From the human T2T-CHM13v2.0 reference genome, Homo sapiens, in the NCBI RefSeq assembly GCF_009914755.1, contig NC_060925.1: a stretch of 64,000 nt of DNA; one strand, given 5' to 3'. Below, piece after piece: positions 14,101 through 27,329 of this stretch. Made by a program: the position numbers and the translations under genes. Position 1 is the first letter of the stretch; every line of letters starts with the position of its first letter. Under the pieces are notes generated by a model. The model did no database searches and was not told where the DNA came from. It saw nothing but the letters and a program-made list of their open reading frames with translations.

Positions 14101-17100
14101 ATGCAATGGAATGGAATTGAATTCAATGTAATGGAAACAAACCGAGTGGAATGTAATGTAATGGAAAGGACTGGAATGTAATGGAATGGATTGGAATCAA
14201 CCCGATTCCAATTCAATGGAATGGAATGTAATGGAATGGAATGGAATGGAAAGGAATGGAATAGAATGGAAGGGATTGGAATGGAATGGAAAGGAATGGA
14301 ATGAACTGGAATGGAATAGAATGGAATATAATGGAATGGAATGCAATGGAATCAACCCGAGTGGAGTGGAATGGAATGGAATGGAAATGAATGGAATGGA
14401 ATGTAATGGAATGGAAACTAATGGAATGGAATGGAAACAACCCGAGTAGAATGGAATGCAATGGAATGGTATGGAATGGAATGGAATTGAATGGAATGGA
14501 ATGGAATGGAATGGAATGGAATAGAATTCAACGGAATGGAAACACCCCGAGTGAAATGGCATGGAATGGAAAGGACTTGAATGTAATGGAATGGATTGGA
14601 ATGGCATGGAATTTAACGGAATGGAATGGAATGGAATAGAATGGAATGGAAAGGAATGGAATAGAATGGAATGGAATCAACTCGAGTGGAAAGGAATGGA
14701 TTGGAATGGAATGGAATGGAAAGGAAAGGAATGGAATGCAATGGAAGGCAATGATATGGAATGGAGTCACCCCGAGTGGAATGGAATGGAAAGGAATGGA
14801 ATTAAATGGAATGGAATGGAATGGAATGGAATGGAGTGGAATGTAATAAACACCAGTGGAATTTAATGTAATGGACAGGAATGGAATGCAATGGACAGGA
14901 ATGGAATGGAATGGAATGGAATGCAATGGAGTACAATGAAATCAACCCGATTGGAATGGAATGGAATACAATGGAATGGAATGGAATGGAATTAACCCGA
15001 GTGGAATGTAACGTGATGGAATGGAAAGGAATGGAATGAAATCAACCGGAATGGAATGGATTGGAATCGAGTGGAATGGAATGGAATGGCATGGAATGCA
15101 ATGGAATCAACTAGAATGGAATGGAATGGAATGGAATGGACAGAAATGGAATGGAATGGAATGGAATGGATTGTATTGGAATGGACTAGGATGGAATGGA
15201 ATGGAATGAAATCAACCCGATTGGAATGGAATGGAATGCAATGGAATGGAATGGAATCAACTGGAAAGGAATCAATTGGAATGGAATGGAATGGAATGGA
15301 ATGGAATGGAAAGGAATCAACCCCAGTGGAATGGAATGGAATGGAAACGATTATAATTGAATGGAATGGAAGCAATCCGTGTGGAATGGAATGGAATTGA
15401 ATGGAGTATAATGGAATGGAATGGGATGGAATGGAATTCAATGTAATGGAAACAAACCGAGTGGAATGTAATGGAATGGAAAGGACTGGACTGTAATGGA
15501 ATGGATTGGAATCAACCCGATTCCAATGCAATGGAATGGAATGGAATGGAATGGAATGGAATGGAATGGAATGGAATAGATTGGAATATAATCAACTCGT
15601 GTGGAAAGAAATGGAATGTAAAGGAATGGAAAGGAAAGGAAAGGAATGGAATGCAATGGAATGCAATGGTATGTAATGGAATCAACACGAGTGGAATGGA
15701 ATGGAATGAAAATGAGTGGAATGTAATGCAATGGAATGGAGTGGAATGGAATAAACACCAGTGGAAGGGAATGCAATGGAATGGAGTGGACTGGAATAAA
15801 CACCAGTGTAATGGAATGGAATGGAATGGAATGGAATGGACTAGAATGGAATGGAATGCAATGAAATCAACCCGATTAGAATGGAATAGAATGCAATGGA
15901 ATGAAATGGAATCAACTGGAAAGGAATGAAATGGAATGGAATGGAATGGAATGGAATCAACCCGAGTGGAATGGAATGGAATGGAATGGAATGGAAAGGA
16001 ATGGAATGGAATAGAATGGAATGGAAACAACTCGAGTGGAAAAGAATGGAATGGAAAGGAATGGAATGGAAAGAAAGGAATGGAATGCAATGGAATGCAA
16101 TGGTATTTAATGGAATGCAATGTAATTCAATGTAATGGAAACAAACGGAGTGGAATGTAATGGAATGGAAAGGACTGGACTGTAATTGAATGGATTGGAA
16201 TCAACCCGATTCCAAGGCAATGGAATGGAATGGAATGGAATGGAATGGAATGGAATCAACCAGAGTGGAATGGAATGGAATGGAATGGATTGGAATGGAA
16301 TGGAATGGTATGGAATGGAATAGAATGGAATGGAATCAACTCGAGTGGAAAGGAATGGAATGGAAAGTAATGGAATGGAAAGGAAAGGCATGGAATGCAA
16401 TGGAATGCACCGGTATGTAATGGAGTCAACCCGAGTGGAATGGAATGGAATGGAATGAAAATGAATGGAATGCAATGCAATGGAATGGAGGGGAATGGAA
16501 TCAACACCAGTGGAAGGGAATGCAATGGAATGGAGCGGACTGGAATAAGCACCAATGGAATGGAATGGATTGGAATGCAATGGAATGGAATGGAATGGAC
16601 TAGAATGGAATGGAATGGAATGAAATGAACCCGATTTGAATGGAATAGAATGCAATGGAATGAAATGGAATCAACTGGAAAGGAATGAAATGGAATGGAA
16701 TGGAATGGAATGGAATCAACCCGAGTGGAATGGAATGGAATGGAATGGAATGGAATGGAATGGAATGGAATAGAATGGAATGGAATAGAATGGAATGGAA
16801 ACAACTCGAGTGGAAAGGAATGGAATGGAAAGGAATGGAATGGAAAGGAAAAGAATGGAATGCAATGGAATGCAATGGTATGGAATGGAATACAATGGAA
16901 TTCAATGTAATGGAAACAAACCGAGTGGAATGTAATGGAATGGAAAGGACTGGACTGTAATTGAATGGATTGGAATCAACACGATTCCAATGCAATGGAA
17001 TGGAATGGAATGGAATGGAATGGAATCAACCCGAGTGGAATGGAATGGAATGGAATGGAATGGAATGGAATGGAATAGAATGGAATGGAATCAACTCGAG

Positions 17101-20100
17101 TGGAAAGGAATGGAATGGAAAGGAATGGAATGGAAAGGAAAGGCATGGAATGCAATGGAATGCAATAGTATGTAATGGAGTCAACCCGAGTGGAATGGAA
17201 TGGAATGGAATGGAATGAAAATGAATGGAATGCAATGCAATGGAATGGAAGGGAATGGAATAAACACCAGTGGAAGGGAATGCAATGGAATGGAACGGAC
17301 TGGAATAATCACCAGGGGAATGGAACGGAATGGAATGGAATGGAACGGAATAGAATGGAATGGACTAGAATGGAATGGAATGGAATGAAATCAACCCGAT
17401 TAGAATGGAATAGAATGCAATGGAATGAAATGGAATCAACTGGATAGGAATGAAATGGAATGGAATGGAATGGAATGGAATGGAATCAACCCGAGTGGAA
17501 TGGAATGGAATGGAATGGAATGGACTAGAATGGAATGGAATGAAATCAACCCGATTAGAATGGAATAGAATGCAATGGAATGAAATGGAATCAACTGGAA
17601 AGGTATGAAATGGAATGGAATGGAATGGAATGGAATCAACCCGAGTGGAATGGAATGGAATGGAATGGAATGGAATGGAATGGAATAGAATGGAATGGAA
17701 ACAACTCGAGTGGAAAAGAATGGAATGGAAAGGAATGGAATGGAAAGAAAGGAATGGAATGCAATGGAATGCAATGGTATTTAAGGGAATGCAATGTAAT
17801 TCAATTTATGGAAACAATCCGAGTGGAATGTAATAGAATGGAAAGGACTGGACTGTAATTGAATGGATTGGAATCAACCCGATTCCAAGGCAATGGAATG
17901 GAATGGAATGGAATGGAATGGAATGGAAAGGAATGGAATCAACCAGAGTGGAATGGAATGGAATGGAATGGATTGGAATGGAATGGAATGGTATGGAATG
18001 GAATAGAATGGAATGGAATCAACTCGAGTGGAAAGGAATGGAATGGAAAGTAATGGAATGGAAAGGAAAGGCATGGAATGCAATGGAATGCACCGGTATG
18101 TAATGGAGTCAACCCGAGTGGAATGGAATGGAATGGAATGAAAATGAATGGAATGCAATGCAATGGAATGGAGGGGAATGGAATCAACACCAGTGGAAGG
18201 GAATGCATTGGAATGGAGCGGACTGGAATAAGCACCAGTGGAATGGAATGGATTGGAATGCAATGGAATGGAATGGAATGGACTAGAATGGAATGGAATG
18301 GAATGAAATGAACCCGATTTGAATGGAATAGAATGCAATGGAATGAAATGGAATCAACTGGAAAGGAATGAAATAGAATGGAATGGAATGGAATGGAATC
18401 AACCCGAGTGGAATAGAATGGAATGGAATGGAATGGAATGGAATGGAATGGAATGGAATAGATTGGAATATAATCAACTCGTGTGGAAAGAAATGGAATG
18501 TAAAGGAATGGAAAGGAAAGGAAAGGAATGGAATGCAATGGAATGCAATGGTATGTAATGGAATCAACACGAGTGGAATGGAATGGAATGAAAATGAATG
18601 GAATGTAATGCAATGGAATGGAGTGGAATGGAATAAACACCAGTGGAAGGGAATGCAATGGAATGGAGTGGACTGGAATAAACACCAGTGTAATGGAATG
18701 GAATGGAATGGAATGGAATGGACTAGAATGGAATGGAATGCAATGAAATCAACCCGATTAGAATGGAATAGAATGCAATGGAATGAAATGGAATCAACTG
18801 GAAAGGAATGAAATGGAATGGAATGGAATGGAATGGAATGGAATCAACCCGAGTGGAATGGAATGGAATGGAATGGAATGGAATGGAATGGAATGGAATG
18901 GGATAGAATGGAATGGAAACAACTCGAGTGGAAAAGAATGGAATGGAAAGGAATGGAATGGAAAGAAAGAATGGAATGCAATGGAATGCAATGGTATTTA
19001 ATGGAATGCAATGTAATTCAATGTAATGGAAACAAACGGAGTGGAATGTAATGGAATGGAAAGGACTGGACTGTAATTGAATGGATTGGAATCAACCCGA
19101 TTCCAAGGCAATGGAATGGAATGGAATGGAATGGAATGGAATGGAATCAACTCGAGTGGAAAGGAATGGAATGGAAAGTAATGGAACGGAAAGGAAAGGC
19201 ATGGAATGCAAAGGAATGCAATGGTATGTAATGGAGTCAACCCGATTGGAATGGAATGGAATGGAATGGAATGAAAATGAATGGAATGCAATTCAATGGA
19301 ATGGAAGGGAATGGAATAAACACCAGTGGAAGGGAATGAAATGGAATGGAACGGACTGGAAAATCACCAGTGGAATGGAATGGAATGGAACGGAATGGAA
19401 TGGAATGGACTAGAATGGAATGGAATGGAATGAAATCAACCCGATTAGAATGGAATAGAATGCAATGGAATGAAATGGAATTAACTGGATAGGAATGAAA
19501 TGGAATGGAATGGAATGGAATGGAATCAACCCGAGTGGAATGGAATGGAATGGAATGGAATGCAATGGAGTGGAATGGAATAAACACCAGTGGAATGGAA
19601 TGGAATGGAATGGAATGGAATGGAATGGAATGGAATGGAATCAACCCGACTGGAATGCAAAGGAATGGAATGGAAAGGCATGGAATCAACCCGAGTGGAA
19701 TGGATTGGAATAGAGTGGAATGGAATGGAACGGCATAGAATGCAATGGAATCAACTAGAATGGAATGGAATGGAATGGATTGGAATGGAATCGAACGGAA
19801 TCAACCTGAGCGGAATGGAATGGAATGGAATGAATGGAATGGAATGGAATGGAAACTAATGGAATGGATTGGAAAGGAAACAACCCGAGTGGAATGGAAT
19901 GCAATGGAATGCAATGGAATGCAATGGAATGGAATGGAATGGAATGGAATTCTATGTAATGGAAACAAACCGAGTGGAATGTAATGGAATGTAAAGGACT
20001 GAAATGTAATGGAATGTATAGGAATCAACCCGACTCCAATGCAACAGAATGGAATGGAATGGAATGGAATGGAATGGAATGGAATTTAATGGAATGGAAT

Positions 20101-20185
20101 GGAATGGAATGGAATGGAGTGGAATGGAATTTAATGGAATGGAAAGGAATGGAATGAACTGGAATGGAATGGAATGGAATGGAAT

Positions 20186-20325
20186 TTAATGGAATGGAAT
20201 GTCATCAACACGAGTGGTGTGGAATGGAATGGAATGGAAATGAATTTAATGGAATTTAATGGAATGGAATGTCATCAACACGAGTGGTGTGGAATGGAAT
20301 GGAATGGAAATGAATTTAATGGAAT
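20186..20325 (+). repeat. 70-bp tandem duplication private to HOR copy 1
   Basis: GTCATCAACACGAGTGGTGTGG occurs at 20201 and 20271. It is single in copies 2-4 (~35168, 46232, 57566). Confidence 0.9.
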
Positions 20326-23300
20326 GGAATGGAATGGAACGGAACGGAATGGAAGAACGCGAATGTAATGGAATGGAATAGAACGGAATAAACACGAGAG
20401 GAATGGAATGGAATGTAATGGAATGGAATAGAATGGAATGGAAGCAACTCGAGTGGAAAGGAATGAAATGGAAAGGAATGGAATGGAAAGGAAAGGAATG
20501 GAATACAATGGAATGCAACGGTGTGGAATGGAGTCAACACGAGTGGAATGGTACGGAATGGAATGGAATGAAATGGAATGGAATGGAATGCAATGGAATG
20601 GAGTGGAATGGAATAAACACCAGTGGAAAGGAATGGAGTGGAATGGAATGGAATGGAATTTAATGGAATGGACAGGAATGCAATGGAATGGAATGGAATG
20701 CAATGGAATGAAATGAACCCGAATGGAATGGAATGGAATGCAATATAAAGGAATGGAATCAACTGTAAAAGAATGAAATGGAATGGAATGGAATGGAATG
20801 GAATGGAATGGAATGGAATGGAATCAACCCGAGTGGAATGCAATGGAATGGAATGGAATGAAATCAACCCAAGTGGAATGGATAGGAATAGAGTGGAACG
20901 GAATGGAACAGCATGGAATGGAATGGTATGGATTGCAATGGAATCAACTAGAATGGAATGGAATAGAATGGAATGGAATGGAATGGAATGGAAAGGAATG
21001 GAATGGAATGGACAGGAAAGGAATGGAATGGTATGAAATCATCCCGATTGGAATGGAGTGGAATGCAATGGAATGGAATAGAACCAACTGGAAAGGAATG
21101 AAATGGAATGGAATGGAATGGAATGGAATGGAATGGAATGGAATGGAACGGAATGGAATGGAATCAACCCGAGTGCAATGGATTGGAATGGAGTGGAATG
21201 GAATGGAACGCCATGGAATGCAACGGAATCAACTAGAATGGAATGGAATGGAATGGAATAAACAAGAGTGAAATGGAATGGAATGGAATGGAATAAAATG
21301 GAATGGAATCAACTCGAGTGGAGAGGAATGGAATGGAAAGGAATGGAATGGAAAGGAATAGAATGGAATGCAAAGGAATGCAATGGAATGCAATGGTATG
21401 GAATGGAGTAAACACGAGAGGAATGGAATGGAATGGAATGGAATGAAATGGAATGGAATGCAATGGAATGGAATGGAATGGAATCAACTGGAAAGGAATG
21501 AAAAGGAATGGAATGGAATGGAATGGAATGGAATGGAATGGAAACAACCCGAGTGGAATGGAATGGAATGGAATGAAATGGAATGGAATGGAATGGAATG
21601 GAATGGAATGGAACGGAATCAACCCGACTGGAATGGAATGGAATGGAATGGAATGGAATGGAATGGAATGGAATGAAATCAACCCGAGTTGAATGGAATG
21701 GAATGGAATGGAATCGAATGGAATGGAGTGGAATGGAATGGAACGGAATGGAATCAACGCGAGTGGAATGCAATGGAATGGAATGGAATGCAATGGAATG
21801 GAATGGAATGGAATGGAATAAACACGAGTGGAATGGATTGGAATGGAGTGGAATGGAATGGAACGGCATGGAGTGCAACGGAATCAACTAGAATGGAATG
21901 GAATGGAATGGAATAAACACGAGTGGAATGCAATGGAATGGAATGGAATGGAATGGAATAAACCCGAGTAGAATGGAATGGAATGGAATGGAATGAAATG
22001 GAATGGAATGCAATGCAATGGAATGTAGAGGAATGAAATAAACACCAGTGGAATAGAATGGAATGTAATGGAATGGAATGGAATGGAATGGAATGGAATG
22101 GACAGGAATGGAACGGAAAGGAATGGAATGGAATGGAATGGACTAGAGTGGAATGGAATTAAATGAAATCAACCCGATTGGAATGGAATGGAATGGAATC
22201 AACTGGAAAGGAATCAAATGGAATGGAATGGAATGGAATGGAATGGAATGGAATGGAACGGAAACAACCCGACTGGAATGCAATGGAATGGAATGGAATG
22301 GAATGGAATGGAATGGAATGGAATAGAATGGAATGGAATGGAATCAACCTGAGTGGAATGGATTGGAATGGAGTGGAATGGAATGGAACGGCATGGAATG
22401 CAATGGAATCAACTAGAATGGAATGGAATTGAATGGATTGGAATGGAATCGAAAGGAATCAACCTGAGTGGAATGGAATGGAATGGAATGGAATGAATGG
22501 AATGGAGTGGAATGGATACAAATGGAATGGAATGGAAAGGAAAGAACCCGAGAGGAATAGAATGCAATGGAATGCAATGGAATGGAATGGAATGCAATGG
22601 AATTCAATGTAATGGAAACACACCGAGTGGAATGTAATGGAATGGAAAGGACTGGACTGTAATGGAATGGATTGGAATCAACCCGATTCCAATGGAATGG
22701 AATGGAATGGAATGGAATGGATTATAATGGATTGGAATGCAATCAATAGGGGTTGAATGGAATGGAATGGAATGGAAGGGAATGGAATGCAACGGAAAGG
22801 AATGGAATGAACTGGAATGGAATGCAATAGAATGGAATTTAATGGAATGGAATGGAATGGAATGGAATTTAATGGAATGGAATGGAATGGAATCAACGCG
22901 AGTGGAGTCGAATGGAATTGAAAGAAAATTAATAGAATGGAATGGAATGGAATGGAATGGAATGCAATGGAATGGAATGCAATGGAATGCAATGGCATGG
23001 AATAGAATGAACCCGAGTGGAATGGAATGGAATGGAAAGGCACGGAATGGAATGGAATGGAATGGAATGCAATGGAATCAACCTGAGTGGAATGGAATGC
23101 AATGGAATCAACCCGAGTGGAATTGAATGGAGTGGAATGCAATGGAATGGAATGGAGTGGAAGGCATTAGAATCAACTGCAATGGAATGGAATGGAATGG
23201 AATGGAATGGAATGGAATGGAATGGAATGGAATGGCACGGAATGGAATCAACCCCAGTGGAATGGAATGCATTACAATGGAATGGAAAGGAATCAATCCG

Positions 23301-26300
23301 GGTGGAATGGAATGGAATGGAATGGATTATAATGGAATGGAATGGAATCAATCCGGGTGGAATGGAATGGAATGGAATGGAATGGAATGGAATGGAATGG
23401 AACGGAATGGAATGGAATCAACTCGAATGGAACGGAAGGGAATGGAGTGGAAAGGAATTGAAAGGAATGGAATGCAAAGGCATCAACCCTAATGGACAGG
23501 AATGTAATGGAATGGAATCGAATGCAATGGAATGGAATGGAATGGAATGGAATGGAATATAATGGAATGGAATGGAATGGAGTGTAATGGAATGGAATGC
23601 TACGGAATCAACCTGAGTGGAATGGAATTGAATGGAATGGAAGGCAATGGAATGGAATTTCATGGAATCAAACCTAGTGGAATGGAATGGAATGGAATGG
23701 AATGGAACGGAATGGAATGCAAGGAATCAACTGGAAAGGAATGGAATGGAATGGAATGGAATGGAATGGAATGGAATGGAATGGAACGGAATGGAATTAA
23801 CCTGAGTGGAATGGAATGGAAACGAATGAAATGGAATGGAATGGAAAATAATGGAATGGAATGGAAACAACCCGAATGGAATGGAATTCAATGGAATGGA
23901 ATGGAATGGAATGGAATGGAATTCAACGGAATGGAAACAACCCGAGTGAAATGGCATGGAATGGAAAGGACTTGAATGTAATGGAACGGATTGGAATCAA
24001 CCCGATTAGAAAACAATGGAATGGAATGGAATGGAATGGAATGGAATGGAAAGGAATGGAATGGAAAGGAATGGAATGGAATGGAAGGGAAGGGAATGGA
24101 ATGGAATGTAATGGAAAGGAATGGAAGGGAATGGAAGGGAATGGAATGGAATGGAATCAACTGGAATGGAATGGAATGGAATGGAAGCAACAAGAAGTGG
24201 CATGGAATGTAATGGATTGGAATGGAATGGAATCAACTGGAATACTATGGAATGAAATCAACCCGAGTGGAATGGAATGGAATGGAATGGAATGGAATGG
24301 AATGGAATGGAATGGAATGGAATGGAACCACCTGGAATGGAATGAAATTGAATGGAATGGAGTGGAATGGAATGGAATGGAATGGAATCAACCCGAGTGG
24401 AATGGAATGGAATGGAATGGAATGGAATGGAATGGAATGGAATCAACCTGAGTGTAGTGGAATAAAATGGAATGGAATGGAATGGACTCAACCCGAGTGG
24501 AACGGAATTGAGTGGGATGGAATGGAATGGAATGGAATGGAATGGAATGGAATTAACCCGAGTGGAATGAATGGAAAGGAATGGAATGGAATGGAGCGGA
24601 ATGGAATAGAATGGAATCAACAAGATTGGAATGGATTGAATGCAATGGAATGGAATAGAATGTAATGGAACGGAATGGAATGGAATCAACCCGAGTGGAA
24701 GGGAATGGAATTGAATGGAAAGGAATGGATTGGAATCCACCCATGTGGAATGGAATGAAATGGAATGGAATGGAATGGAGTAGAATGGAAAGGAATGGAA
24801 TGGAATGGAATGGAATGTAATGGAATGGAATGGAATAGAATGGAATGCAATTTAATTAAATGGAATGGAATCAACCAGAGTGGAATGGACTGGAATGGAT
24901 TGGAATGGAAAGGAATTGAGTGGAATCAACCCGAGTGAAATGGAATGGAATGGGATGGAATGGAATGGAATGGTAAGGACTGGAATCAACCCGAGTGGAA
25001 TGGAATGGAATGGAATGGATTCAACACGAGTGGAATGGAATGGAATGGAATGGAATGGAATGGAATGGAATGGAATCAACCCAAGTGGAATGGACTGGAA
25101 CGGAATGGAATACAATGGAATGGAATGGAATGGAATGGAATCAGCTGCAGTGGAATGGAATGGAATAGGATGGAATGGAATGGACAGGAATAGAATGGAA
25201 TGGAATATAATGGAGTGGAATCAACACGAGTGGAAATGAATGGAATCAAATTGAATGGAATGGAAGGAAAGGAATGCAATGGAATGGAATCAACCTCAGT
25301 GGAATAGAAAGGAATGGAATGTAATGGAATGGAATGGAATGGAATGGAATGGAATGGAATGGAGTGGAATGGAATGGAATGGAATGGAATGGAGTGGAAT
25401 GGAATGGGTTGGAATGGGATGGAATCAACCCGATTGGAACGGATTGGAATGGAGTGGAATGGAATGGAACGGCATGGAATGCAATGGAATCAACTAGAAT
25501 GGAATGGAATGGGATGGATTGGAATGGAATCAAACGGAATCAACCTGAGTGGAATGCAATGGAATGGAATGGAATGAATGGAAAGGAATGGAATGGAAAC
25601 TAATGGAATGGAATGGAAAGGAAACAACCCGAGTGGAACGGAATGCAATGGAATGCAATGGAATGGAATTGAATTCAATGTAATGGAAACAAACCGAGTG
25701 GAATGTAATGTAATGGAAAGGACTGGAATGTAATGCAATGGATTGGAATCAACCCGATTCCAATTCAATGGAATGGAATGTAATGGAATGGAATGGAATG
25801 GAAAGGAATGGAATAGAATGGAAGGGATTGGAATGGAATGGAAAGGAATGGAATGAACTGGAATGGAATGGAATGGAATATAATGGAATGGAATGCAATG
25901 GAATCAACCCGAGTGGAGTGGAATGGAATGGAATGGAAATGAATGGAATGGAATGTAATGGAATGGAAACTAATGGAATGGAATGGAAACAACCCGAGTA
26001 GAATGGAATGCAATGGAATGGTATGGAATGGAATGGAATTGAATGGAATGGAATGGAATGGAATGGAATGGAATAGAATTCAACGGAATGGAAACACCCC
26101 GAGTGAAATGGCATGGAATGGAAAGGACTTGAATGTAATGGAATGGATTGGAATGGCATGGAATTTAACGGAATGGAATGGAATGGAATAGAATGGAATG
26201 GAAAGGAATGGAATAGAATGGAATGGAATCAACTCGAGTGGAAAGGAATGGATTGGAATGGAATGGAATGGAAAGGAAAGGAATGGAATGCAATGGAAGG

Positions 26301-27329
26301 CAATGATATGGAATGGAGTCACCCCGAGTGGAATGGAATGGAAAGGAATGGAATTAAATGGAATGGAATGGAATGGAATGGAATGGAGTGGAATGTAATA
26401 AACACCAGTGGAATTTAATGTAATGGACAGGAATGGAATGCAATGGACAGGAATGGAATGGAATGGAATGGAATGCAATGGAGTACAATGAAATCAACCC
26501 GATTGGAATGGAATGGAATACAATGGAATGGAATGGAATGGAATTAACCCGAGTGGAATGTAACGTGATGGAATGGAAAGGAATGGAATGAAATCAACCG
26601 GAATGGAATGGATTGGAATCGAGTGGAATGGAATGGAATGGCATGGAATGCAATGGAATCAACTAGAATGGAATGGAATGGAATGGAATGGACAGAAATG
26701 GAATGGAATGGAATGGAATGGATTGTATTGGAATGGACTAGGATGGAATGGAATGGAATGAAATCAACCCGATTGGAATGGAATGGAATGCAATGGAATG
26801 GAATGGAATCAACTGGAAAGGAATCAATTGGAATGGAATGGAATGGAATGGAATGGAATGGAAAGGAATCAACCCCAGTGGAATGGAATGGAATGGAAAC
26901 GATTATAATTGAATGGAATGGAAGCAATCCGTGTGGAATGGAATGGAATTGAATGGAGTATAATGGAATGGAATGGGATGGAATGGAATTCAATGTAATG
27001 GAAACAAACCGAGTGGAATGTAATGGAATGGAAAGGACTGGACTGTAATGGAATGGATTGGAATCAACCCGATTCCAATGCAATGGAATGGAATGGAATG
27101 GAATGGAATGGAATGGAATGGAATAGATTGGAATATAATCAACTCGTGTGGAAAGAAATGGAATGTAAAGGAATGGAAAGGAAAGGAAAGGAATGGAATG
27201 CAATGGAATGCAATGGTATGTAATGGAATCAACACGAGTGGAATGGAATGGAATGAAAATGAGTGGAATGTAATGCAATGGAATGGAGTGGAATGGAATA
27301 AACACCAGTGGAAGGGAATGCAATGGAAT

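Larger units (their letters stand above)
10533..22099 (+). repeat. HSat3 higher-order repeat, copy 1 (11567 bp; used as reference copy)
   Basis: Starts at GGACAGGAATGGAACGGAAAGG...GGACTAGAGTGGAATGGAATTAAATGAAATC (10533), which recurs at 22100. Ordered landmarks: AGAAAATTAATAG ~11366, CATCAACCCTAATGG ~11934, CAACAAGAAGT 12641, TTAATTAA 13280, CAGCTGCAG 13575. Confidence 0.93.

Noticed and set aside
22741-22760. Copy-2 variant CAATAGGGGTTG resembling CAATAGGGTTG at ~10488, a possible conversion from the old domain
   Set aside because: Only a 2-base change with too little flanking identity to distinguish conversion from independent mutation.
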